From assembly GCA_965198065.1 (NCBI GenBank), contig CBDAON010000004.1, positions 2,176,001 to 2,240,000 on the forward strand: a stretch of 64,000 bases of DNA, in the 5' to 3' direction. The stretch's first letter is position 1. Each line of letters opens with the position of its first letter. Below the pieces are notes generated by a model. That model searched no databases and was not told the origin of the DNA. It saw nothing but the letters and a program-made list of their open reading frames with translations. Origin of the DNA: Longimicrobiales bacterium. GTDB lineage: Bacteria; Gemmatimonadota; Gemmatimonadetes; Longimicrobiales; Gaopeijiaceae. A program made the translations under genes and the position numbers. This document shows, in pieces, positions 51,024 to 59,951 of this stretch.

Positions 51024-51965
51024 ATGGCTAAGTCAGGACCCGGCAAGAACTTTAGGAAGGGGCTTTCACTCATTCAGGTTATGCGAATGTTCCCAGACGA
51101 CGCGACGGCTGAGCGGTGGATCGCTCAGTGCCGGTGGGACGGCAAGCCCGCTTGCCCGCACTGTGGGGGCGAGAACGTACAGGTAGGCGCGAAGCATCCG
51201 AGCCAGCCTTACCGTTGCCGCGAGAAGGGTTGCCGGAAGTTCTTCAGCGTGAAGACGGGCACCGCAATGGCCGGAAGCAATCTCGGCTATCAGGTGTGGG
51301 CGATCGCTTCCTACCTGCTCGCGACTGGTCTGAAGGGTCAAGCCTCCATGAAGCTGCACCGGGATCTAGAGATCGGGCAGAAGGCCGCGTGGTTCCTAGC
51401 ACACCGGCTCCGGGAGACGTGGGAGACGCAGCAGGCTCCGTTCGAGGGTCCGGTGGAGATTGATGAGACCTACGTAGGTGGGCTGGAGAAGAACAAGCAC
51501 GCAGGCAAGAAGGCGAACCTGGGCCGGGGTCCGGTGGGCAAGGCAGCCGTCGTCGGTGCGAAGGACCGGGAGACGAATCGGGTGGCTGCTCGCGTGGTCG
51601 AAGCTACCGACAGGCCGACGCTCCAGGGTTTCGTGCGAGGCCAGGTCGCGGATGGGGCCAGGGTGTACACGGACGAAGCGAGGGCGTATGATGGCCTCGC
51701 CAATCGGGAGACCGTGAAACACTCGGTGTCAGAGTACGTGAACGGCCAGGCCCACACGAACGGCGTGGAGTCCTTCTGGTCGATGCTCAAGCGCGGCTAC
51801 CACGGCACCTACCACAAGATGTCCCCGAAGCACCTCCAGCGCTACGTCAACGAGTTCTCCGGCCGCCATAATATCCGACCGCTCGACACCATCCAGCAGA
51901 TGCGGGCTATCGTCCGGGGGCTGGAGGGCAAGCGGCTACGCTACCGGGACCTGGTGGCGAATTGA
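51024..51965 (+). CDS. IS1595 family transposase (Zn ribbon, HTH, DDE)
   Basis: CPHCG..YRCREKGC..FSVKTGT; VEIDETYVGG; VYTDE; HTNGVESFWS..KRGYHGTYH..HLQRYVNEF. Confidence 0.95.
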   Translation: MAKSGPGKNFRKGLSLIQVMRMFPDDATAERWIAQCRWDGKPACPHCGGENVQVGAKHPSQPYRCREKGCRKFFSVKTGTAMAGSNLGYQVWAIASYLLATGLKGQASMKLHRDLEIGQKAAWFLAHRLRETWETQQAPFEGPVEIDETYVGGLEKNKHAGKKANLGRGPVGKAAVVGAKDRETNRVAARVVEATDRPTLQGFVRGQVADGARVYTDEARAYDGLANRETVKHSVSEYVNGQAHTNGVESFWSMLKRGYHGTYHKMSPKHLQRYVNEFSGRHNIRPLDTIQQMRAIVRGLEGKRLRYRDLVAN

Positions 51966-52090
51966 GGATTTCGACCAGCCCCGTCCGAAACCCCAAATTT
52001 TAACAGTAAGCAAAGTATTAAAATAATGAGTTGATGATTATACTTTTTCGGCTTAAGAGTAAAGCCTTTCGTCGTAGGGGGTGGTAAGTA

Positions 52091-53245
52091 TTGAACCCAT
52101 CAGAGTTTACAGACGACAAGCCCGGTCTTTTGGTGCCTCTGTCGAATACGTCGACGGACGTTTCTCACGCTTTTATTCCGGACTCTTTACCTCCGCGGGC
52201 CTGGAAGCTTCCGAATGACATCTGGCAGACGCTAGTAGAAGCTAGGGCAAGCATCGCTGGCTTGGATGGGGTTGGAAAGCATTTGCCTAATCCTAAGATA
52301 TTGCTTCGTCCGATCCAGCATCTAGAAGCGCAACGGTCGTCTCAACTCGAAGGGACGTTCACGGACCCACAGAAGCAGGCACTCTTTCAGGCTGACCCGA
52401 GATACCCGGCATCTGTGGGCGATCCGCTGAATCCTTACCGAGAAGTATTCAACTACGGCCGAGCGTTGCAACTCCGACAGCAGAGTGGCCTCCCGCTGTC
52501 GAAACGCCTAATCCAAAATCTGCACGAAGTTCTGATGGATGGTGTCCGCGGCTACGGAGAACAGCCTGGAGAGTTTCGGACGATCCAAAACCAGATTGGG
52601 TACCCGGCTAGGTTTGTTCCGCCGCCGCCAGAGAACGTCATAACAGCCATGAACGACCTGGAAATGTTCATGAACACCCCAGGCGACCTTGACCCGCTCG
52701 TACGCGCCTTCCTAACTCACTACCAGTTTGAAACGATTCACCCGTTCCAAGATGGTAACGGGCGTGTCGGTCGATTACTGCTGGCGCTGACCATCGCTGA
52801 ATGGTGCGGCTTGTCAAGCCAGTGGCTCTATATGAGTGCCTACTTCGAGCGTTACAAGAAGCAGTACATGGACTTAATGCTCTTGGTTAGCACGCACGGA
52901 GACTGGGATCGTTGGGTTAAATTCTGCTTAGAGGGAGCTATCGAACAAGCCAATGACACCGAACGCCGTTGCGATAAGCTACTCGACCTTCATCGCGGCT
53001 TCCAGTCGCGTCTCAAAGGCGGAAGCGTGCGGCTCTCAACACTCATCGATGGTCTGTTCGAGAATCCAGTCGTGACTGTGGTGAGAGTGAAGGAAACATT
53101 TAACGTGACTTATCCGACGGCGAGATCAGATTTGAAAAAACTTGAAAGTCTCGGGATTTTGCAGCGGCTGCCAGACGCGACTCGGATCACGTATTACTGT
53201 GAATCCATCTACAGAGTCACATACCAGAACACTAACGACCTTTAG
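52091..53245 (+). CDS. Fic family protein (class II, probable C-terminal HTH), IS passenger
   Basis: HPFQDGNGRVGR Fic motif; N-terminal SSQLEG inhibitory motif; VTYPTARSDLKKLESLGIL HTH-like tail; AT-richer than the host. Confidence 0.93.
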   Translation: MNPSEFTDDKPGLLVPLSNTSTDVSHAFIPDSLPPRAWKLPNDIWQTLVEARASIAGLDGVGKHLPNPKILLRPIQHLEAQRSSQLEGTFTDPQKQALFQADPRYPASVGDPLNPYREVFNYGRALQLRQQSGLPLSKRLIQNLHEVLMDGVRGYGEQPGEFRTIQNQIGYPARFVPPPPENVITAMNDLEMFMNTPGDLDPLVRAFLTHYQFETIHPFQDGNGRVGRLLLALTIAEWCGLSSQWLYMSAYFERYKKQYMDLMLLVSTHGDWDRWVKFCLEGAIEQANDTERRCDKLLDLHRGFQSRLKGGSVRLSTLIDGLFENPVVTVVRVKETFNVTYPTARSDLKKLESLGILQRLPDATRITYYCESIYRVTYQNTNDL

Positions 53246-53289
53246 TCCGTGGCTTCTTATGGACCGTCACCGGAGGCGATGAGAAACCC

Positions 53290-53481
53290 ATGACACCCAA
53301 CGATAAGCCATCAAAGCCCACCGGAACGAAGCAGCCCCGTGGCCGTCCGGTGAAGTACCCGCTACCGGAGCCGATCCCTGACACGCCCGCGAACATCATG
53401 AAGGCGTTCATCAAGACGCCGCCGAAGAAGCGCGGGGAGTGGAAATTCGTGCAGAAGCAGGACAAGAAACAGGCCCCGTAG
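53290..53481 (+). CDS. Small basic, Pro-rich protein with an AT-hook-like PRGRP motif at the IS right end
   Basis: 63-aa ORF with purine-rich RBS region; stop lies in hairpin GGCCCCG/CGGGGCC (53472-91) abutting the right TIR. Confidence 0.6.
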   Translation: MTPNDKPSKPTGTKQPRGRPVKYPLPEPIPDTPANIMKAFIKTPPKKRGEWKFVQKQDKKQAP

Positions 53482-54239
53482 CACCGGGGCCGTGGTTACG
53501 ATTGGATGTAATCCCCTAAAGTATCCGCGCTCTGCAAGCACCCGGGCCGAATGGTGGCTCACGCACACCACCACGTCAGCCCTCCGGAGTGTCCGCCGCC
53601 CGAGGAGGGCGAGGGTGTTCCGGCGCGTCCACCGCGCCCGCTCGGCGGGGTGCGCCCAGCCGGGCGGCTGGGACAGGTCCGGGGGATCCGGGTGGTGCGT
53701 CGTGGCTACCCGAATCAGCCGGGAGGCACGCGAGCCCTTCGGCAGGAACGCTCCTGTGAGCTCCTTCGCGTAGATCACGTCCGCGAAGCGGCTCGCTCCA
53801 CGCAGACGCCGGGAGAAATCCAGAGGGATGAGGTACAGGCGCTCGCGGTGCGGGAGGAACTCGGCCCGGTAGGGAAGGTCCACCGGAACGCCGTCCGGGC
53901 GGATCCCTCCCCCCGACGTGCAGATCAAGGTGACCGCGTGACCCCGCCGGCAGAGGGCGGCGGCCATGTTGTGAGTCGAGAGCTGGCCTCCCCCGTGCCG
54001 TCGTCCCACGGGCTCAGCAGCGAAGTGATGATGATCCGCATCAGGGGTGGCTCGGGGCCCACTTCATCCGCCAACCATACTGTGCGGCGGGGCTGGCCAC
54101 AAACACCCTTTCTTCCCCTCCGTCCGCGCCCGGGGCCTGTTCCGGCGCGCGTCCTGTCTGGCGACGCTCCGGGCACGAAAGTAGCTTCCAGCGCCCGCGG
54201 TCCTCGACCTTAGAGCTCACTAGAATCTGGGCCCAGACC

Positions 54240-55553
54240 ATGAGCCGTTCGCAACAGAGCGCGCCCACGTTCGGCGTCGTCGGTCTCGGCTACGTGGGCC
54301 TCCCTCTTGCCGTGGAGGTGGCCCGAAGCGGCGGGAGGACGCTGGGCTTCGATGTGAACCCGGCCGTCGTCGAGGGGGTGAATGCCGGGGCGAGCCACAT
54401 CCAGGACGTCTCGTCGGATGAGCTCCGGTCGCTCTGGGAAGAGGGTCTCCTCGAGGCCACGGGGGATACCTCCCGAATCGCCGAGTGCGACACGATCTCG
54501 ATCTGCGTGCCGACCCCGCTCTCCAAGACGCGTGATCCCGACATCTCCTTCATCCTCTCCTCGGGAGAGGCCGTCGCCTCAGAGCTGCGGGCCGGACAGC
54601 TCGTGGTCCTCGAGTCCACGACCTATCCGGGAACCACGCGGGACGTGCTCCTCCCCCTCTTCGAGGCCAAGGGGCTTCGGGCCGGGAAGGACTTCTTCCT
54701 TTGCTTCTCCCCCGAGCGAGTGGACCCCGGAAACCAGGTGTGGAAGACCCGCAACACCCCGAAGGTGATCGGGGGGATCACGCCCGCGTGCCTCGATGCC
54801 GGGGTGGAGGCTTACAGCCGCTTCATCGACACCGTTGTGCCCGTGTCCTCACCCGAGGTGGCCGAGACCGTCAAGCTCCTAGAAAACACCTTCCGCGCCG
54901 TGAACATCGGGCTCGTGAACGAGACCGCCCAGATTGCGGACCGGCTGGGGGTGGACATCTGGGAGGTGGTCGAGGCCGCAGCCACGAAGCCGTTTGGGTT
55001 CATGAAGTTCACGCCGGGACCGGGGCTCGGCGGGCACTGCATCCCGGTGGATCCACATTACCTCTCTTGGAAGATGCGGACCCTGAACTACAAGACGCGC
55101 TTCATCGAGCTGGCCTCCGAAGTGAACGCGGAGATGCCGCGTTTCGTGGCGGGGAAGGTCCGCCAGGCGCTGAACGCCGCGCGGAAGGCGGTGAACGGAT
55201 CGAGGGTGCTGGTGCTCGGCGTCGCGTACAAGAGGGACGTCGAGGACATGCGCGAGTCGCCAGCCGTGGACGTGATGAAGATCCTCGAGCGGGAGGGCGC
55301 CGAGGTTGTCTACCACGATCCCTACGTCCCGATCTTCGTCGAATACGGACATACCCGTACGGGGGTCGAGCTGACAGACGAGGAGCTCGAGTCCGCTGAC
55401 GCCGTCCTCATCGTGACGGACCACGCGTCGCTCGACATGGAGCGGATATTCGGTCGCGCACGGATACTCGTCGACTCACGGAACGCCACGGGGAAGATCG
55501 CGAAGGAAAGGGGACTCCCTCGGCCCCTCCACTGGATCGTGAAGGGCGCCTGA
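54240..55553 (+). CDS. UDP-N-acetylhexosamine 6-dehydrogenase (WbpA/WecC-like)
   Basis: GLGYVGLP, CVPTP, LESTTYPGTT, SPERVDPG, KLLENTFRAVNI, GGHCIPVDP, GVAYK. Confidence 0.92.
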   Translation: MSRSQQSAPTFGVVGLGYVGLPLAVEVARSGGRTLGFDVNPAVVEGVNAGASHIQDVSSDELRSLWEEGLLEATGDTSRIAECDTISICVPTPLSKTRDPDISFILSSGEAVASELRAGQLVVLESTTYPGTTRDVLLPLFEAKGLRAGKDFFLCFSPERVDPGNQVWKTRNTPKVIGGITPACLDAGVEAYSRFIDTVVPVSSPEVAETVKLLENTFRAVNIGLVNETAQIADRLGVDIWEVVEAAATKPFGFMKFTPGPGLGGHCIPVDPHYLSWKMRTLNYKTRFIELASEVNAEMPRFVAGKVRQALNAARKAVNGSRVLVLGVAYKRDVEDMRESPAVDVMKILEREGAEVVYHDPYVPIFVEYGHTRTGVELTDEELESADAVLIVTDHASLDMERIFGRARILVDSRNATGKIAKERGLPRPLHWIVKGA

Positions 55554-55560
55554 ACGTCCC

Positions 55561-56877
55561 GTGTCGTCAGGCGAGAGGGCTCTCGTCCATCGCGTGATCG
55601 CCCGGCTCAACGTGGGCGGGCCCGCCATCCACGTGGTGAACCTCACGGCTGGCCTGCCCCGGAGGGGATTCGCGACCCGCCTCCTCGCCGGACGCGTGAC
55701 CGAGGACGAGGGAGACATGGAGTACTACGCGCGGGACCGGGGCGTGGAGCTCCTGCGCGTTCCCGGGCTCGATCGTCGGCTCCGCCCGCTCGCCCTGTTC
55801 CGGGCGTTCCGGTTCCTCTACCGCACGTTCCGCCGCGATCGACCGGACATCGTCCACACCCATACGGCCATGGCGGGGGCCGTGGGCCGCCTGGCCGCGA
55901 TCCTCGCGGGCGTGCCCGTCCGGGTCCACACGTACCACGGCCATGTGCTTGGAGGGGAGTACTTCTCGCGGTGGACGACCGCCGTCTTCCTTCGGGTCGA
56001 GCGTTTCCTCGCCAGCCGGACCCACGCGCTCGTTGCCCTCACGGACGCGCAGGCCGACGAGATGTCCGAGAAGCTGGGCATCGCCGAGCGGGACCGCTTC
56101 GCCGTGATCCCGCTGGGTCTGGATCTCGAGCGTTTCCACCTTCCGGAGCCGGTGCGGGCCCTCTTCCGTGAGAAGGTACGGGGAGAGCTCGGGATTCCGG
56201 CCGGAGGGCGGGTGATCGGCATTGTCGGGCGCCTCGTCCCGGTGAAGAACCACGAGCTTCTCTTCGAAGCTTTCCGGACCCTCACCGCCGGCGGCTCGGA
56301 GCGCGGCTCCCCCGAGGGGGCCTCGACACCGGACGGGTCCGCGTCGGGGGCGGGGGTACGGGGTGAGGGGACATCCGGTAGGGTGGGGACCGGGGACGCC
56401 GTGCGCGCGGGTCCTCGCGACCCGTACCTCGTGGTCGTGGGCGGAGGTGAGCGGGAGGCGGAGCTTAGGGCGAAGGCTGCCGAGCTCGGCATCGCGGAGC
56501 GGATCCGCTGGATGGGATGGAGGCGGGAGCTCCCCGAGATCTACTCCGCGCTCGACGTACTCGCCCTTGCGTCCCGCGACGAGGGCACTCCAGTCGCCGT
56601 GATCGAGGCGCTCGCGGCCGAGGTCCCGGTCGTGGCCCGTGCGGTGGGAGGCATTCCTCGTGTCCTCGAGCGGGGCCGGTGGGGCAGGCTCGTGACCACC
56701 GAGGATCCGCTCGCGTTTGCCGAGGCGCTCGCCCGATGCCTCGAGGATCCTCCCGCGCTCCAGGAGCGCGAGGCCGCCGCGGCCAGGACGCGGGCGCGCT
56801 TCGGCGAGGATCGCCTGGTCCGCGAGATGAGCTCCCTCTACCGGGACCTCCTCTCGGGTGAGGGCGTTCGGTACTGA
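55561..56877 (+). CDS. GT4 glycosyltransferase
   Basis: IARLNVGGPA, HTHTA, HTYHGH, VGRLVPVKN, EGTPVAVIEA. Confidence 0.9.
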   Translation: MSSGERALVHRVIARLNVGGPAIHVVNLTAGLPRRGFATRLLAGRVTEDEGDMEYYARDRGVELLRVPGLDRRLRPLALFRAFRFLYRTFRRDRPDIVHTHTAMAGAVGRLAAILAGVPVRVHTYHGHVLGGEYFSRWTTAVFLRVERFLASRTHALVALTDAQADEMSEKLGIAERDRFAVIPLGLDLERFHLPEPVRALFREKVRGELGIPAGGRVIGIVGRLVPVKNHELLFEAFRTLTAGGSERGSPEGASTPDGSASGAGVRGEGTSGRVGTGDAVRAGPRDPYLVVVGGGEREAELRAKAAELGIAERIRWMGWRRELPEIYSALDVLALASRDEGTPVAVIEALAAEVPVVARAVGGIPRVLERGRWGRLVTTEDPLAFAEALARCLEDPPALQEREAAAARTRARFGEDRLVREMSSLYRDLLSGEGVRY

Positions 56878-56892
56878 AGGCGGGGCCGCCTC

Positions 56893-57804
56893 TCAGCGAT
56901 GCGGCATCAGCCAGACCACGAGCTGCATTCCTGTGCCCGTGGCTTCCATGAGACGAGCGAGAGGCCAGGCGACGGCCGCCGGCGCGTAAACGTCCCCGAC
57001 GATCCGACGGACCTTCGCCACGCGGTAACCCACGCGCTCGCCGTGCCTGCGGAAGGACTCTTCGGTGAACTCGTAGAGGTGGTAGGGCGGGTGCATCGGG
57101 CTCAGGTTCGTCACGAGCCCGCTCCCGCTCAGCCGGAAGTACGCGTTCAGGAGGCGTCCCACAAGCCAGCGGCTGGACGGCACCTCCGCGTGAATCACTC
57201 CGTCGGGTCGGAGCCACTCCAGCGCCTTCTCGATCGCGAGGCCCGGCGCCGGGAGATGCTCCAGGACCGCCCCGAAGGAGATGAAGTCGAAGTGGCTCGA
57301 GGGAAAGCGCGCCTCGTCGATCCCGGCGAGCGAGATACGCTCGGGGTCGAGTGAATACTTCTCCATCCCGAAGCTCCGGAAGGAAGCGGAGGGCTCGATC
57401 CCCCACGTGTCGAAGCCCGCCTCGGAGAGGGCGGCCATCACCCGTCCCGTGCCCGCGCCGACGTCCAGCGCCCTGCCTCGCTCCCGGTAACCGAGAAGCT
57501 CCCTGGCCTCCTCGATCTCCGTCTCGAACCCTCCGGACTCCGCGCTCGAGCGCTCCTCACCGAAGTAATCGACCGGGTCCATCGAGTAATGGTCGGCGAG
57601 CTCGATGGGGAGGGGCAGCGGATCGGTGAAGACGAGCCCGCATCCCCGGCAGCGGACCACGGTCGTCGCCTTCCCGCGAACCCGTCTGGGGCGCCACCCC
57701 TGCGAGCGGTCCAGGCGGCGACCCAGGACCAGTTGGCGGTGGGGGGGCGCGCCGCACATCATGCAGTCGCCCGCAACCCGAAAGCGGTAGCCGGTCCCGT
57801 GCAT
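56893..57804 (-). CDS. Class I SAM-dependent methyltransferase with N-terminal CxxC pairs
   Basis: CMMCG..CRGCG; ALDVGAGTG; GIEPS; VLEHL. Confidence 0.88.
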   Translation of the reverse strand: MHGTGYRFRVAGDCMMCGAPPHRQLVLGRRLDRSQGWRPRRVRGKATTVVRCRGCGLVFTDPLPLPIELADHYSMDPVDYFGEERSSAESGGFETEIEEARELLGYRERGRALDVGAGTGRVMAALSEAGFDTWGIEPSASFRSFGMEKYSLDPERISLAGIDEARFPSSHFDFISFGAVLEHLPAPGLAIEKALEWLRPDGVIHAEVPSSRWLVGRLLNAYFRLSGSGLVTNLSPMHPPYHLYEFTEESFRRHGERVGYRVAKVRRIVGDVYAPAAVAWPLARLMEATGTGMQLVVWLMPHR

Positions 57805-57842
57805 TCTTGTCCCCAGATAACCTTCGGGGCACCTTCTTCGCC

Positions 57843-58306
57843 ATGGCCCTTCTCGAGCATTCCAATGGCGTACGCTATCCGGACGACCTGTTTTCCACAC
57901 CCCACTGGTACGCGCTCAGGACCCGCTCTCGCGCGGAGAAGCGCTCCGATGGCCTGCTGCACGCCGCGGGGGTCGAGTCGTACGCCGCCGTGGCGAGCGT
58001 GGAGCGGGCCTGGAGCGACCGGCGCCGGCGCGTGGGGCTGCCGCTCTTCCCGGGTTACATCTTCGCCCGCTTCGCCCTCTCGGACAGGGCGTGTCCGTTT
58101 CCGGCGTGCTTCCCAGCGAGGCCGACTACCTGACTACGGGAGATCTTGTGGTCGTCACGTCGGGTCCGTTCGAGGGGATGGAGGGTGTCCTCGTGGAGGT
58201 GCGGGGCCGGGCGCACGTCTCGGTGCGGATCGCGGCCATTCGACAGGCTCGGTCGGTGGAGCTCGAGCGATCCGTCCTTCGGAGCAAGAGGGGGGCGCCC
58301 AGATGA
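57843..58306 (+). pseudogene. UpxY/LoaP-type NusG-paralog antiterminator with internal deletion and frameshift near 58088
   Basis: WYALRTRSRAEK..WSDRRRRV..PLFPGYIF in one frame; KOW motif [16 protein letters not shown] in another; the end of the NGN domain is missing. Confidence 0.85.
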
Positions 58307-58365
58307 AGGTGCTCGTGACGGGAGGGACTGGTCTCGTCGGCTGGGGGGCGGCGAACGCCCGATGA
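58303..58365 (+). pseudogene. 20-codon remnant of an NAD-dependent epimerase/dehydratase
   Basis: [13 protein letters not shown] then stop; start overlaps the upstream stop and its stop overlaps the next start. Confidence 0.7.
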
Positions 58366-59084
58366 AGGGGGTCGTGCTGGCCGGAGGACGCGGAACCCGC
58401 CTCGATCCCATGACGCGGGTGACGAATAAGCACCTCCTTCCGGTATACGACCGCCCGATGATCTGCTATCCCCTGCGGTAGCTGGTGGACGCGGGGATCG
58501 AGCGGATCCTGATCGTCACGGGCGAGGATCACGCCGGCGATTTCCTTCGCCTTCTCGGCAACGGGCACGAATTCGGGGTCCGGCATCTCGACTTCACCTA
58601 CCAGGCGGGCGAGGGCGGGATCGCGGCGGCGCTGGGTCTGGCCGAGCTCTTCGCCGACGGAGAGCCGCTCTGCGTGATCCTCGGAGACAACATCTTCCAG
58701 CACCCGATCGCGCCTGAGGTGGACCGGTACCGGGATCAAGGGAAGGGTGCGCGCATCCTACTAAAGGAAGTGGACGATCCAGAACGATTCGGAGTCGCGG
58801 AAGTGGAAGGAGACCGGGTCCTCGGGGTCGAGGAGAAGCCGAAGAGCCCGCTAAGCCGTCTGGCGGTGACCGGCTGCTATTTCTACGACACCCGGGTCTT
58901 CGACATCATCCGCACGCTTGAGCCCTCGCTCCGCGGCGAGCTCGAGATCACGGACGTGAACAACCGCTACATCGAATGGGGGGAGATGAGCTACGGCCTA
59001 GTGTCGGGCTGGTGGACCGATGCCGGAACCGTGCCATCGCTATATCGAGCCACCCGCCTCGTGGCGGGGGACGGGGTCGCCTGA
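58362..59084 (+). pseudogene. Glucose-1-phosphate thymidylyltransferase (RmlA/SpsI-like) with in-frame TAG at 58479
   Basis: [59 protein letters not shown]. Confidence 0.9.
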
Positions 59085-59951
59085 CCGCTCTTCCTTCGCC
59101 CTGAGATAGCGTGCGAGCGCGTCCTGCCACGGCGGAATCGGACCGACGATGCCGGCCAGGAGGCCGTTGTCCAGCACGCTGTACGCCGGCCGGACGGCGG
59201 CTGCCGGGTACTCGGCGCTGGTCACCGGGGTCACCTCCGCGGCCACCCCGGCCTGGCGCAGGATCTCGACCGCGAATTCGTGCCACGTGGCCGATCCCGC
59301 GTTCACGGCGTGGTAGGTGCCGGCCGGGACCTCCTCCGGGAGAACGGCGAAGATCCAGCGGGCGACATCGGCGGTGGCGGTCGGCGACATCGTGATGTCG
59401 TTCACGACTTGGAGCTTTCCCTGCTCCCGGCCCGCCCGGAGCACGACTTCAACGAAATTTCCGCCCGGCTTGCTCGAGCCCGCGACCCCGAAGAGCGACG
59501 CCACGCGCAGGACCACCGTGTCCGAGTGCTCATGGAAGGCCAGCGCTTCGCCTGTGAGCTTGGACGCGCCGTAGACGTTCAGCGGCCTCGGGGCGTCCGA
59601 CTCCCGGTACGGTCGGCGGAGCTCGCCGCCGAAGACGTAATCCGTGCTCACGTGGAGGAGCCGCGCGCCCCGGCTCCGGCAGACGCGAGCCATCTCCTGC
59701 ACCGAGCGCCCGTTCGCGGCGAACGCGCGCTTGGTGCTTCCCTCCGCCTCGTCGGTCCGGTGGTATCCCGCGCAGTTTACGAGAGCGTCGAACCGCTCCC
59801 CCTCGATCCCGGGCGCGATCGTATCAGGGCGATCCACGTCCAGCCGGTCCCGCCCGATGGGAACCAGCTCCCGGCCGGCCGGCTGCAGGGTACTCTCGGC
59901 GAAGAGATCCGAGCCCAGCTGGCCGCGGGCTCCGAGCACGAGCGCCTTCAC
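59040..59951 (-). CDS. rfbD: dTDP-4-dehydrorhamnose reductase
   Basis: VLGARGQLG, HVSTDYVF, PLNVYGASK, RPAYSVLD. Confidence 0.9.
   Translation of the reverse strand: MKALVLGARGQLGSDLFAESTLQPAGRELVPIGRDRLDVDRPDTIAPGIEGERFDALVNCAGYHRTDEAEGSTKRAFAANGRSVQEMARVCRSRGARLLHVSTDYVFGGELRRPYRESDAPRPLNVYGASKLTGEALAFHEHSDTVVLRVASLFGVAGSSKPGGNFVEVVLRAGREQGKLQVVNDITMSPTATADVARWIFAVLPEEVPAGTYHAVNAGSATWHEFAVEILRQAGVAAEVTPVTSAEYPAAAVRPAYSVLDNGLLAGIVGPIPPWQDALARYLRAKEERSGDPVPRHEAGGSI

Larger units (their letters stand above)
50937..53516 (+). mobile_element. Complete IS1595-family element (2580 bp) with passenger genes
   Basis: Perfect 24-bp TIR GGGGATTACATCCAATCGTAACCA (50937-60 and 53493-516); 8-bp TSD TAAAGTAT (50929-36 and 53517-24). 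Confidence 0.96.
50237..54041 (-). pseudogene. GT4 glycosyltransferase interrupted by IS1595, with an extra frameshift at 53990-53994
   Basis: N-part MRIIITSLLSPW..GGQLSTHNMA; C-part VARLDEHKG..SENFPLVILEA; removing the IS and one TSD copy restores AERGYFNSTTNVRVVHNG in frame. Confidence 0.9.
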
